Assembly (NCBI RefSeq): GCF_036321535.1 | Contig: NC_087438.1 | Coordinates: forward strand, 1,242,001 to 1,306,000 | Reading direction: 5' to 3' | DNA length: 64,000 nt | Source of the DNA: Camelus dromedarius | Taxonomy: Eukaryota | Part shown: positions 1 through 12,622 of the stretch, in pieces | Layout of the letters: the number at the start of each line of letters is the position of its first letter | How positions within the stretch are numbered: position 1 is the stretch's first letter | Notes under the pieces: generated by a model | Databases searched by the model: none | Told to the model about the DNA's origin: nothing | The model's input: the letters and a program-made list of their open reading frames with translations, nothing else | Made by a program: the position numbers and the translations under genes

Positions 1-3000
1 GGGGCCTCCAACCGCGGCTCCAGGCTGGAGACAAGGCTCCCCACTGGGAGGGGCTGGGCTGCCCCACCAGCCTTGCTCCGGGAGGCACCACCCCTGGTCT
101 CGGGTGACTCTCACCCGCCATGGGGAGGGGAGGAGACTTGGGAGGAGGCTGGCCTCCATGTGCACGGATGCTCTCTGGCTTTCTGCCCCACCCCTGCCTG
201 TCGGGGAGGAGTGCTCCCTGACCCCCCACAGATCCAGGGCCTCCAAGGACAGCGTTCATGGGACTGGGGCTCTTATCGGGGGCTCGGACTGAGTGGTGGG
301 GGGCTGGTCTTTGTGCTGCTGCCCAAGGGCCTGAGGAGGATGCTCTGAGACCATTCTTAGGACCCCCTGAAATGCCACGCGAGACTCTGTGGGTGGGTGG
401 CCACAGAGACTCTGCCCGGGAGCTCCCGGAGGGCAGGTGGCTGGAAGCCATGGCAGCGGGTGAGGCCGAGGGCCCGGAAGCCTGGCTGGGGTGCTGAGTC
501 TCCGTGGCAGTGGCGGTTGTGGAGGGGTGGGCTCGAGCCGTCCTGACCAGCAGCCCCTCCTGCCTGGTGGACACACTGAGGGGTGTTTGGGTTCCCAGCA
601 CGATGTCTGTCCACAGTCACCCTCGTGCTTGGATATCCGCCTCTTGTGATGGGATGTGAACACCCATCGTGTACACCCCACGCTGAGTCTGGGATGGTCC
701 CCTGTGTGTGTTTGGGCAACAGAACCTGGCAGGGTGATTGTGAGACAATCCCGGGCCCAGGACCCTGCTGGCTGACTTGAGATCATCGTGTGAACCAGCC
801 CGAGCTGGCCTGGTGGGTGAAGACAGGCCCATGGCCCTGCTGACAGCCGGCTGCCCTCCTGACAGGTGACCGGGGCCACCCCAGGCCCAGCAGAGGTCAG
901 CCCGGCCCATGTCTGCAGACCCGCAGAGCTGACCGGTTACCTCATGAGCCCTTGGGAACCTACCGCCTGAGTCGCAGAGCACGGGGTGGGTGTGACGCAG
1001 CCAGAGGTGGCCGGCATGGTCTGTCCCAGAGTGCGGCCCCCTCTGCATCGGGACAAGGAAAAGGGGCTCCCTGTGGAGATGGTCCTTCCCACAGGCACAC
1101 CCACGAAAGCAGATGACCGGTGACCTGGGACAGACCCAGCACCACAGGCCCTGAAGGCTGGACCCTGGGAGAGGAAGTGCGAGAAACTAAAGCCCTACGG
1201 GGGCCCGTCCCACTGCAGGGCTGAGCTGCGGGTCAGACCTGAGGCGGAGGGAGGCGAGGGTCTGAGCCGTGTGAGACCCTGAGGCTTTGACTCAGTCAGG
1301 CTGGAGGTCTTCATATGATAAATGAGCATCACTTGGAACCAGGGACTGGGAGCCCAGGGATTTGGCCAAGGTGCCTGGGAGGCCGGGATGGAGTCCAGGG
1401 CCTGGCTGGGGGTGACACGTGACCAAAGGGTCCCCATGTGCCCCCGCCTCAATAAATCAGCCCCACGGATTTCAGAGGCGGGTGTGGTGGGAGGCCCCTG
1501 AAGGGCGTGTGGGCCTGCTGGCGGGCTCTCTGAACACGGCCGTGGCACTGAGGCTTCATTCGGGATCAGGGGAAGCACCTGGAGGTCTCTGGGAGCAAAG
1601 ACGGGATAAGAATGTATTTCAGAAGCTTGAACTCTGTGACAGCTCATCGTGTCTCAGGACAGACCCCCATGTCCTCCACCTGCCTCTTGTCTGTAGAAAA
1701 CCTTAGCTCTCTAGGCTTCCTCGAGTTCCAACGAATAAATTTAATCAGAGAAGTGAGAAAACGCAGGAAAAAAACAGTCAAGCAAGACAAACTAGTCATA
1801 GCTCAGCCGCTAAACAAAGTCAAGGACTCTCAGCTCCTCCTCAAGGGCTGTGGGCAATGCTCTGAGCCTCGTCCTTTGAGCTGTTCTGCAGACACCGAGG
1901 CCCCCACCCGGGGGAAGAGGCTGACTGCGTGCTGCCCCCTGCCCGTGGACCCAGATCAGCTGGAACCAGAAGGGGGATGATGCCGACGCCCGGTGACCTC
2001 CCCACCGACCACTCAGAACAGCGTCCACGAGCTGACCACGCCCCCCACAGCCCCTCCCGCCCCCATCTTTAGACCCTCCCCTGAGAGCGGTGGGGAGTTC
2101 AGGCCCTTTGAGCTCCAGCTGCCTGGACCCCTTGCTGGGCGCCTGCAGTAAACACTGCACTTCCCCTCACCACCACCTGGGGGCAGGAGGTTGGCGTTGC
2201 TGTGCGTGGGTAAGTGGCTCCAAGTTCCACTCAGTAACAAAACCACTAAGACACAGGGTGGCAGCTACCTGGAGCTGAGGGGGAGGCAGGTGTGAAGACT
2301 TGAGAGAGAACTGCTGGGACCACCACCTCCGTCTTCCTGTTTTCATCCCTGGACAGAAGCAGTGTTGCCTAATAGAGAACCAGCAGGGAAACAGAATCGA
2401 GGCACAGTCTTACTTCACACCCTCAAACAGATGACTCGGGTCAGAATGCCTGCAATCTGCTGCCTTACTTCTCATTCAGGTTCCAGAACAAACTGCACTG
2501 CTGACGTCTGGACAGTGTGTGCTCAGGGAACGGTGCAGTTTACAGGAAAGAGCTGCAGTAAAACAGAATGAGAAGCACTGAAATGGACTGCGTGCTGCGA
2601 GCTCCCCCACGGGGAGGTGGCAGGCCCGCTCTGCTGGCACTTTGACGTGTGTTGTTTCACGGGAATCTTGTGACAGCCCAGCGGGGAGCCACGTGGGGCC
2701 CGTGCTTATGGCTGGGAGAGGTCGGAGCGCTAGGCCTCAGGCAGACTGTCCAGAGCCGGACAGAAGTGCCCACTCGGCATCCGCCCAGCTGCTGAGACAC
2801 CATCAAGGCCCCTGTGCTGCACACGAGGTTTGAAATGTTGACTTATTTACCAAATACTTGGCAAATGTTCTCTTTCTTTTCTGCTTCAAAAAATGTCATT
2901 AAAAGGGATTGGGCTCTGAGTAAAAATAACAGCTCACTTTGGAGTTTGAATACCTGGGGACTGTCGCAGCACATTGAAACTTTCTCCCTCCCTCTGTAGT

Positions 3001-3279
3001 CGCCCCTCCTTCGGCTCAGCCTTTCCCAGCACCGCGGTACACTCAGGGAGCACGGCAGGGAGGGCAGACGAGCAGGCAGTGGAAGCGGTTACCGTGCACG
3101 CCGTGTGAGATATGGTCTCATGGGCCATGATCATGTGATTCATGGAGGTCACAGGACACGCTGGTGCTTAAACACCACAAACCACACATCAGAGGTGCCT
3201 ACTCTTACGAGAGTTTCTCTCCTCTAGCCCTGTCACTGGGACTTCTCGCCAGATGTTTCCCTGATAAGGATGCTGGCTT

Positions 3280-4865
3280 TTCGCCACCTTTTCCCCTGTG
3301 TTGCAGGGCAGGCACCAGCCACCTCCTTGACCTCATCCAGTGCTCCTTCTGGGCTTCCGTCCCACAAAGCCCGGGGGCCCCGCCTTCTCTCTCCATCTCT
3401 CTTGAGCCTCCCGGTCGGGCTCCTTCTCGTCTTGCTCAGGCAGCAGCATATTCTGCGGCCACTCCTTTGGCCACTGAGTCTGCATTTTATCCACAGTAGC
3501 AGCAGCACCTCCCACACGGCCGGACTCTCCCTCCTGTCTGGAAACTTCTTCTGCTGGCTCCCAGGAGCCCCCATCATTCACTGATGTGTTCAGCCAGTGT
3601 TTACTGAACTTTCACCTGTGTATCCACACCATGCAGGAAGCAAACCCAAACTGCAACCCTGCTGGGCTCTGGTTCCAGGTGGGGAGGCAGATACCAAGTC
3701 AGACAAGGAAGCTGTGGCATGTGTTGGGAGGGGACGGAGGTGGGTAGACATGGCACCAGGGACAGAGCTGCCCTGACCTCTGCTCTCCTCTCCTTACTGG
3801 CAATGTCAACTGCTTCTGGATTTTGGAGGCTCCCAGCCTCACCCTCAATGGTTTCAGCCCTTCGCAAGAAACTCAGATCTCCTTTATATGCAGATAAATC
3901 CAAATCTGCATCTCCAGCAGTGGATACCCTCCCCAAATGGCAGACCACCCACCCACCTGTGCCCGGGATGACTCAGTTTCTACAGGGAGTCAGCATGCAA
4001 AGCCCACCTGTGCTGACCCGATCCTTACCTTCCTCCCACACCTGCTCCCAGGCCCCGACAGCCCCTCTCAACTCATCGCAGGGCTTTCCTCCTCGTGGCT
4101 CAAGTCCCAAGCTTCAGATCGGTCTTGGCTTCTCTCCATCTCCGGAGCCCACATCCAGTCGACGGCCAAACTGCCGGCCCACCTTTCTCCCCACTCACCT
4201 GGTCTCAGTAGCCTCGGCCCACCAGCACTCACCCGGAGCACTGCAGACTGTGACGTGGGTCCTCTGTATCTGCTCATCCCCTGCAATCTGTCCCCCACCC
4301 AGCAGCCAGGGTGATCCTGGAGAGGCCCTGCCCCTCAGGGTGAGAGCCAGCTTTGTGCTCAGTGCGTCCAGACCCACCATCTGCAGCTCCCCTCACCTGT
4401 CTGGCTTCTGCTCAGCTTCACTCACTTTCTTGGCCACGCCGGGTCCTTGCTGATTTTGGATGGTGCCCAGCATGGTCTCACACCCAGGATCTCCTTCTCC
4501 CCTCCATGCTGGGCTCCTCTTCCCCCTGTTCCATTCCTGTCTGCTCAAATGTCACCTCCTCAGTGAGGCCCTCTATGGCTACTAGAATGTAAGTCTACTC
4601 CACCCAGTGGCTACTCCACCTCATTGGTACTCCCCACCCCATGCCCCCCTTCCCTGCTTGGTGTGTCTCCTTGGCCCATATATTCTCCACCTCCCCATAT
4701 ATTCCATGGATTCGTTTCTTTGGTTCTCCCCACTCCCCATCTAACTGTGTGTGCCCAGCAATTTGCCCTCAGTTTTCCGCTCTGGTCACTTTCCTCTAGA
4801 ACCCATGAGCTGTCTCCAGACACAGCAGCTGCGCATTCAGAGTGTGTCAGGTGAGTGGGTGAAAG
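3280..4865 (+). mobile_element. LINE-2 (L2) fossil, RT region through 3' end, interrupted at ~3575-3780
   Basis: 3500-3570 resembles L2 CAGCAGCATTTGACACAGTTGACCACTCCCTCCTTCTTGAAAC. 3884-3920 TTATATGCAGATAAATCCAAATCTGCATCTCCAGC is a decayed YADD motif (LYADK in ORF 3719..4453). 4545-4575 CTCAAATGTCACCTCCTCAGTGAGGCC is the typical L2 3' region, and a decayed (TGAA)n-like tail lies near 4855. Confidence 0.75.
3575..3780 (-). mobile_element. L2 3'-end fragment, antisense, nested in the + strand L2
   Basis: CATTCACTGATGTGTTCAGCCAGTGTTTACTGAAC...TTCCAGGTGGGGAGGCAGATA resembles the reverse complement of the L2 3' terminus (CATTCATTCAACAAATATTTATTGAGC...TCTAGTGGGGGAGACAGACA). Confidence 0.55.
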
Positions 4866-6862
4866 GCATTCTCATCCACTTTCCCTTCTCTCCCTTGCAG
4901 GAGCAAAATTTTAAACAATCTACTTTTCATACGATTAGTTCTAGAGCTAAGAGTTCCTTGGGTTGTCTGTGTTGAGTGCATATGCCCCTGCCTTCAGGGC
5001 CCACTCTCTACCCAGAGGGCTTCACTGTGTGCTTCCACAAAAAGACAGCTTCTCCCCTGCGGGCCTGCTGGGCACACACGCTTGTGTGTTTGTCTCAGGA
5101 GGCGTCCCACGTCCGTGGAGCGGGCCTGCTAAACGCGCACTGCTCTGTTCCATGCAGAAGCTGAGGGCACCGTCCAGGCGCTGGCCTGTCCCCTTGCTGC
5201 CCCGTGTGGGACCCAGGTTGGCTGCAGTGTCTCCTGTTTACACCTCCATCCAAGGAGCCCCCTCACCTGCTGCGGGACCCAGTGTCACTGGCCACCTTAA
5301 TCTGATCTGTTCTCTATTGTTGCCTGGGAGCCAAGGGGGACACAGAAGAAGAGGGTGACATCACGTCCCTAGAGCCCAGTGGGCCACCATCTGGGCACCG
5401 TGCTCACGGCCCGGGGGAACCCTGGACACGCGGGAGGTCGGCTGGAGCGGAGAGAAGTCCGAGCTCTCACACCAACTGCCTTGTCCACCTGGGAGCTCAG
5501 CTGCACCTGGGCTGCGGTCACCGCCCGAGACCACGAGTGGGGGCTCCGGCCTTTGTGAAATGGCCCGCACAGCTGTTAAGGGGCTGGGAACCAGCCCTCG
5601 GCCTCCTTCTGCTTCGGGAGAGTCCATCTCGGCTGCTCGAGGCCCTACCTTCCTGACCCGGCTCCCGCCTGTGGCCAGGCCTCCCTCTCCAGGCTGCCCT
5701 CCTAGCGTGGCCAGGGTCCTGTGTGCGAAAAGCCACGTCTGATGTCTGGCCGATCCCCAGGGTGCGTGTGGTGCCCAGACATGAGCCTCTGGAAAGCTAG
5801 CAGGTGAGAGGTGCAGGTGTCCAGGGCCGCGAGCACTCCTGTCGCTTACGTGGAAAAGGAGATTTCAGTTCGCCTCTGCGGGCCGCCTCCGCCTCATGAC
5901 GGCTCCACCCCGTCTACTCCGTCTCACGAGAGGCCATGGGGAGGCACACGCCTCCCCTGCCCTGGAGCCCGGCCGCAGCCCCTCCTCCTGGGCCTCCAGG
6001 GCCGAGCCCCCTCTCTGCTGCTCGTGGCAGTGGGGGGGGGGCCCTAACGTGACCTCCCCCTTGAGACCCTGCCTGCGGGGGCCTCACAGATGAGCCTTTT
6101 CCCTAAGAAGTCAGGGAGATGCCCGCCTCCGTCCCTTGAATTAACGCTGGTGGGTGACACTGAGACAAACAGGAGGACCCAGCGCCGAGGAAGCCGTGCC
6201 CGGTGGGCACAGGCCCCGGGGCGCGGGTGGCCGTGGAGCTGGGCTGGTCCGCCGGGGCCCGGGGCTCCTAGGCTTGGCCACCGCGGTCCTGCCACAGTCA
6301 GAGAGACGGTGGATAAGGCGACAGGTCCCGCTCTGCGGCTGTTTCCTGATCTTGGACTATGTTCCGGAAGACACTTTCACCTTTTCATCAAGATGGGGAA
6401 GCACGGTCATCCATGAATTGCTCTCATCTCTCACTTCACCGAAGTAAACGCTGACTGGATGCTGGCTCCCTGCCGGCGCTGCTGGACGTGCCGGGAACTC
6501 AAAGTGAACCACCTAAGCCCTGCCGTCTGCTTGGCCCCAGACACTCACCTTGACGTTAACGCCGTCTCCCAAAAGCCTGCTTATGCTTGAATTTGCTGAT
6601 GTCTGCACGTTAGGGTGGCCCACGCGCCTCCACAGAGCCTGCTGCTGACACCCCACTGGCTGTCCGACGGCCCCCACCTCCCAGGACGAGCGTGGCCTGC
6701 TCCCCTCCACGTGTGTGGGACCCTCTGTCCACGTTTGCCGGCATCAGTGTCCCCAGGCCCCCGTCCTGCATCTTCCTTACGGGGCACTGCTCCCACCAGC
6801 TCGTCCCGCTCCGGCGGTGCCCCCGGCCACGCGGCTCCCGCCCGGCCCTCCCGCTGAGAACG

Positions 6863-6901
6863 CCGCGGACGTACCCCTCACCGCGGACATACCCCTCACC
6901 G
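6863..6901. repeat. 18-bp tandem duplication
   Basis: CCGCGGACGTACCCCTCA / CCGCGGACATACCCCTCA / CCG, read directly; one mismatch at a CpG. Confidence 0.9.
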
Positions 6902-7369
6902 TGCATCAGGACCATGCAGCCTGAGCAGCGGACGCCACTCAGACTCCGTCTGCAGGGGCTCCTGCTAATAAAACAAGACAGAAATGGGAACCGTATTTAC
7001 CACACCTGGTGGTGGTCTCTGCATTAGAAATAGGAGCTCAGTGTTGACCAATCACAGAGCGAAAACCCACAGACGCTCCCAGAGACGTGCCCGACGGTGA
7101 CAGGTGAGGCCCGTCTTCGGGGGAGGCCTTGTGGGGAGGAGCATCCTGGAGCGGGGATGCACCCCGGACGCCCGGCCTGCTCTGCAGGGGCTCCTGACAG
7201 CTGGGGCTGAGGGGGGCATCCGTGCGGCTGAGGACAGGCCCCACGTGAGGGTGGCCTCTCCCTAGTTCCCGGGGACGAAAGACCCCAGAAAGGTTCTGAG
7301 GCTTGAACAGTTACTGAGTCTCATCAACGTAAGTGACTCAGATCATAAACATTTCTGCCATTAGGCCCC

Positions 7370-7700
7370 TGCTATGGTCTGAGTGCTCGTGTCCCCCAGA
7401 TCCGTGTGTGGGGATCCTAACCCCCAGTGATGGTGCTTGGAGGTGAGGCCTTTTGGAGGGGTGATCAGGTTATGGGGAGGAGCCCCGTGGACGAAATCGG
7501 GGTCTTCATACAAGACACTCAGGAGCTTCGTAGCCCCTCCCGCCTGTGGACACAGGAGAACCTCTGAAGCAGGAAGGGCCCCACCGCGCCGTCGCCCTGG
7601 TCTCGGACGCCCGGCCTCCCGAGCTGCGGGAAGCGCGCTCCGTTACTCATGAGTCGCGCATTCAGAGGGGTTGGTTGCAGCAGCCTAAGGGAAAAAGACT
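7370..7700 (+). mobile_element. Solo LTR, ERVL-MaLR MLT1A0-like
   Basis: Starts TGCTATGGTCTGAGTGCTCGTGTCCCCC, contains CCTAACCCCCAGTGATGGT...GGAGGTGAGGCCTTTTGGAGG, ends GCAGCAGCCTAAGGGAAAAAGACT; colinear with the MLT1A0 consensus as remembered. Confidence 0.85.
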
Positions 7701-8249
7701 AGGTCGCTGAGCCTCTCTGTCACGCTAAGGGACAAAGCCCCAAATGGATTGTTTGGAATTGGGATCCTAAGAACAGGGTTTGCTGGACACAGTTGCAACT
7801 TTGTTCCACCGATGCTCCCAGGGAGACGACCGAGGCCTTGGAGGTGCCTGGGTGGCCGGGGTGGTGGGGTGGGGCCATGGAAACGAATCGAGTTGGCCCC
7901 CGACACCCTCCCCTCCTCACATCCATGTGCTCTGGGGGCCCCTCAGCCCAGCAGGCAGGGTGCTGCATCTGACTGGATCCAGGGCTGAAGCCTTGAATTC
8001 AAATTTTCAAGTTTTGTTAACCAGAGAGGCACGCATCTTTGAAGCACAAGCATCGTATTTTGGGACCTCTCGAATGTGGGTTTAGTCGTGTCTTCCAGTG
8101 GGGACCATGTCATGGGGCCCTGTCCCCAAAGGTGATCTCTGTGTGGCATGCCCCCGTGGGTGGTTGTGACCCCCAGCCTCGCACAGGGAAGGGGTCGGGG
8201 CCCTGCCTTCCCCTCTCTTTCTCCCCCTCCCTTTTATTTCCCAAACAAG

Positions 8250-8710
8250 CTAAGAGTTTTTATAATTCATCACCTGGCTGACAGATGAGTTCTGCTAGAG
8301 AATATTAGAAAATGTCTCAAATCTCATATATATGCTAATGGTATGCCGAGGCGGGTCGGCGCTGTGCGGGGTTTTAATCTGTCTTGGCCGGTGCGGGGAA
8401 CGGACGAGTCGACACTCGACAATTTACGATCAAACAGCTGAGTCGTGAAGGAAGAAGGACACGCAGAAAGGGAGGGTGGCTTTCTGATTTAACAGCGTTG
8501 TTACTACAAATAAAGAAATCTTGATTTTGACTGCACTCGACATTAAATGAGTTTCCTGTGCCCGGCGCTGAATTTTTCATTTGCAGATTCGGAGAAAGCG
8601 CAGGGCTCAGATACCAGCGACAGATAAGGAAACGGCTGCACGTGGAAATCAAATGTGTGTAATAAAGCCGTCTTCTGCTTATTAAGTAAACACAGGTAGG
8701 TCGCCCCGTG
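8250..8710. promoter_or_regulatory. Repeat-free AT-richer block, candidate conserved non-coding element
   Basis: Motifs ATATGCTAAT (POU-like, ~8330), TTTACGAT (posterior HOX-like), TGATTTAAC, AGATAAG (GATA) and GTAAACA (FOX, ~8686) within GC-rich flanks. Conservation not tested. Confidence 0.35.
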
Positions 8711-9949
8711 CAGGCTGCGCTGCCGACGCTTCGCGGCCTTCCTCTTTCCTGGCGGTCACGAGGCATCTGACTGAGCCACCATGCGTGCTGGGTCCCGGCC
8801 TCCGGCTTTTGACCTGCCCGCCGCCCAGGGCTCCGGCCGCTGGGAAGTGCGTGCAGCACTGGTTTTGGCCCCACAGTCCCTGCCTCCACGCGTGATGTCA
8901 CTACGTCACCGTGAGCACCACGGCCAACCTGGAGGGCGCACCGCTAAGGCTCGTTTTGCTGATGTTCCCATTCTGGAAACAGCACGGCTGGAGCAGGAGG
9001 GGCGGGGACGGGGACGCGGTTCTGAAAGGCGAGGGACGCTCAGCTGGGACCCCCGCAGCCTGCTTCTAGAAAGGCCGTGACTGAAGCGCTTGCATCCGGC
9101 AGGCCTGCTATGGGGCGGGACCGCTCCCGGGACAGCTCCGCTCCTGGGACAGCTCCTCCGGTGTCCAGGGCTGGCTGCGGAGGGAACCGGAGACGGGGAC
9201 GCAGGCGTGGGGACAGCTGAGGCGAGAGAGGCCAGTTCAAACCTCGAGACAGGCGGGGGCTTCCGTGTTTACCGAGAAGGACCCCCGCCCCGCCCCAGTC
9301 AGGCCGGCATCTGCGGGCAAGGCCACGGCGTGGGGCGAGGGGGCACTGCTGAAGCCGGCACCCTCACGCCCTCTGCGGGCCCCGTGGGGCTAACCGGTCC
9401 GGCACACAAGTGACAGGTCACTGTGTCCGGTGGAGAAGCGGGAGCGGATGGATTCCAGCGGCAGGAATGAGAAGCAGCGGGGCTGCTGAAGCACTTGGGG
9501 CGGAGGCTGGAGGCGCAGGGGCCAGGCTCTGTCTCCGGGAGACCTCGTGCCGGGAGGAAGGGCTGCGTCCCTGCACTCCCAGATCACCTGAGCGACATTT
9601 TCTCGAAGTTTCTAGCTTTTTGGAAGTCAGGGTACAAGTCAGTGCCAACATGGGGCGTACGAGCGCGAAGTCTTTCCATTTCATTCAAGTTTCAGTATAA
9701 ACCCAGATTCCCGAATGCACTTTTGTTGCTTTTTACACCATTGTCAGCTTTAAGTTTTTAATCTACCCATCTATCTATTATCTGTCTATTACCTATTTTG
9801 CTTAGCTCACTTTTTTTTTAAATCTCGCACACAAGCACCTGGTTCTCACTCAGCACGGTTTGGTAAGGGAAGCACCGGGCTGCGCGCTGACGGACGCGGT
9901 GACCTCTTTCGCCGTCACAGGTTTAGCCCTGGGTCAGGCGGGTCTGACC

Positions 9950-10179
9950 CAGTGGTTCTCACTTGGATGTGCCTTTGCCCTCCACCGCCCACCCCCGGAC
10001 ACTTAGCAGTGTCTGGAGACACTTTTGATTGTCAAAGCTGGGGAGAGGGCGCAAAGGGGACGGCTGCTACTGGCGCCTAGTGGGTCAGGGGGCCCACTAA
10101 ACACCCACACCCCACGGACGGCCCACGCGGAGGAGGTGTCCGGTCCGATGGGCAATGGCACTGGGGCTGAGGGCCCCTG
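9950..10179 (+). mobile_element. MER20 (hAT-Charlie) non-autonomous DNA transposon, near full length
   Basis: CAGTGGTTCTC start; internal GTGTCTGGAGACACTTTTGATTGTCA and GCTACTGGCGCCTAGTGGGT; end GCTGAGGGCCCCTG; possible decayed 8-bp TSD GTCTGACC/GCCTGGCG. Confidence 0.85.
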
Positions 10180-11779
10180 GCCTGGCGCACCAGCGTGGGG
10201 AGGGCCAGCAGGACTCGGGCAGGTGGGGGGTAGAGGAGCCAGGCCGGGACCCATAAGCTGTGCTCCCAGCGCCCCGCCCCTCCCCGGCGAGGAGGGACCA
10301 TGTTTTCACTTCACTTCGCGGCTCCGCGGGTCCCTGAGCAGACGGCCCAGGACTTCTGTTTTATTTTCCCTTTAAAGCAACGTGTGTCCTTGAATTGGTG
10401 CTGAAATGGGGGGTTGGACGTGGGGCAGGAGTCGGCTGGTGCTGGTCGCTGGACACAGAGGAAGCACAGGCCAGGCAGGCCGGTGGCCACCAGGAGGGGC
10501 ATGTGGCGTGGGGTGGGGAGGGGGTGGTGCTGAGCGGTGAGTCCCACTTATCCAGGTCAGTTGAGAACAACGACCTGGAAGATTCGGAGCCCAAGTCAGC
10601 TGTGCGGCGGAGAGCGTTTTCAGAAGGCGGCGTAACTTTTATTTACATTACACCGCCGCCCCGCTTGGAACTTAATTTCACGTCTCTTTGGTAAGCTATT
10701 TATTCCAGGAAACAGCGTTCTTACTGTACAGTTCTAATGAGGTGCTAGAGGCATTCACAGTGTCAGCTTTTATTTTTGAAGAAAGAAGAAACTGCCGCTT
10801 TAATCTGCTACCCAGGGAAAGTGCACGGACGCGTGGGAGCAGACACCTGGAGCGAGCTTGCTTTGTGCGCTAGGTCTGTGAGTGTGTGCACGCCTCTTAG
10901 AAATGCTTCTTTGTTTCTGAGCCAGAGGAGTACAGCTGAGAGTGTAAGAAACAGCCTCTGTTTGCTCTTTGGGGATGCGGGGACATCCCCTCCAAACATC
11001 CCCATCTCGCCGTGTCTGCGGTGTGGGAAGCGCGGGGTGGGGCGGGGGGTGCCAGGTGGTGGGAACGCCACCCCAGGTGCCGGCTGCACAGCAGGCAGGG
11101 CTCCCACAGACTTCCCAGCTTCTCGTTTAAAACCCTTCTGGAACTTTCCAGGCCTTAGAAGGTGGATCAGTCTGCTGACTGGACACCCCAGTTGCCTTGT
11201 TACTTTCCTTAATTCAACCAGCTCCATCTGGGTTGCGGGAGACGGCGCTCTGCCCTGAGATGACAACGTTTGTAAAGAGATGCAAGCGTATTCCCTACCG
11301 GAGTGTTCAGGCAGTAATTTGATGAACCCAGAGCCTGGCGGCTCCTTCTCTAGCTCAGTCCGCCTGAGGTCCTGGGTGATGTGGTTCAGAGCAAGGGTGA
11401 GCTGCAGGAGAAGGCAGTCACGTCCCTGCGACCAGGAATCCCAGCAGGCGGCTGCCCTGATCTTGGCACCAAGGGCTCGAAGATCAGCTGGTTTTTCCGC
11501 GTCCCTGAAGCCCTTCCAGAGTGGAGAGGCTGCATCCAACCCTCAGAGCATGTTCTAGGTCCCTCTGCAGACGCCCCTCCACATCCGTCTCCTCCTGAGG
11601 CTCCATCAGGGCTAAAGAGAGCCCTCACGCAGGGGCTCCGGGGGCGGGGGCTGAGCCACGTCACACACGTGAGCGCTCAGCCGGCTGCTCGCCCGCGCCG
11701 GGCCGGGGCCGTGGCGTCACCACAGCTAAACGCTTCGCCTCATCTCCTTGTTCTCTTTTTTGTTTGTTTGTTTGTTTGC

Positions 11780-12145
11780 TTTAAAAATAGCATTTCTTGA
11801 CTATTTAGATATCAGAGAAAAGTATAAAAATAAAACACATGAATATTCCATCACGGTGAATACTAACACATCTTTTCTCTGCAAAAATAAAAACGTAACC
11901 GTTATAAACGTTGGAACGAACTCAAGTTAATGTTTTGCTATCACACTTCTTCCATTTAACATAGTAACAGTGGCACTTTCCTGTTTTACTGTTGGGTTTG
12001 AAAGTATGATTCAAAAACAATTGTGTTTCACTGAATCCCCCGGATGTTCCATAACTTAACTAAGCGGCCTCGACGTCTTCTGATTTGATTTGTTATCAGT
12101 TTTATCGGATGACACAATTCTGTGATGACCGCCCGTGTGTATTCT
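11780..12145 (-). mobile_element. Old L1 (L1ME-like) 3' fragment
   Basis: TTCCATTTAACATAG...GGATGTTCCATAACTTAACTAAGC...ACAATTCTGTGATGACC matches the antisense L1M 3' region pattern (GGATGTACCATAATTTATTTAACC...ACAATGCTGCAATGAAC). Confidence 0.6.
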
Positions 12146-12304
12146 GCAGTCTCCCGGCTCGCCCGGCTCCCTCGGGTCTCAGGAGCTGGACGCAGAGAGG
12201 GCGGCTGCAGGGGCCGGGGTGCCCGTGATGCAGGAGCCGGGGAGCATCTTTGCAAGGACCGTGACAACGGTGCTGCGAGTCAGGGTTAAACCCGTCTGGG
12301 TCCT

Positions 12305-12460
12305 CAGGCTGTGCGGCAGGTCTCCAAGTGCTTTATGTGGACCAGCTAATTTCATTTTCACAACAGCCCGGGAGGTAGGTACCGGGTACAGTGATGTCCC
12401 AGTAAGCGGGATGAAAACTGACCCGGAGGACAGGGAAGGATCCCACGGGGGCAGAGCTCC
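12305..12460 (-). mobile_element. MIR SINE
   Basis: AAGTGCTTTATGTGGACCAGCTAATTTCATTTTCACAACAGCCCGGGAGGTAGGTAC...GATGAAAACTGA is the antisense MIR core. Confidence 0.75.
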
Positions 12461-12568
12461 ACCTGCCGCCCCACAGGGCCAGGAAGCCCCCCCGCCGTCT
12501 GTCACCTGCTTCCCGGAGCTCTCAGCTGTGGTTTTGTTTGGTTTTGTTTCTGTCTTGTCACCTGTATG

Positions 12569-12622
12569 TGAACATTCCAGAATGGAATGAACATTCCAGA
12601 ATGGAATGGGCATTCCAGAAGG
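12569..12622. repeat. 19-bp tandem repeat (2 perfect copies + 1 partial) made of TEAD-type motifs
   Basis: TGAACATTCCAGAATGGAA x2 followed by TGGGCATTCCAGAAGG. Confidence 0.9.

Noticed and set aside
2370..2600. Possible L1ME remnant (also ~32000-32110 and ~34480-34660) and MER5-like remnant (~35620-35700)
   Set aside because: Similarity too weak to support by eye; needs an HMM search.
3719..4453. 244-aa ORF containing LYADK
   Set aside because: The motif is the decayed YADD of an L2 reverse transcriptase; the rest is Ser/Pro-rich noise from C-rich repeat sequence.
12569..12622. CRISPR-like repeat array (also 34314-34451 and 6863-6901)
   Set aside because: Head-to-tail tandem repeats without unique spacers, in mammalian DNA, with no cas genes.
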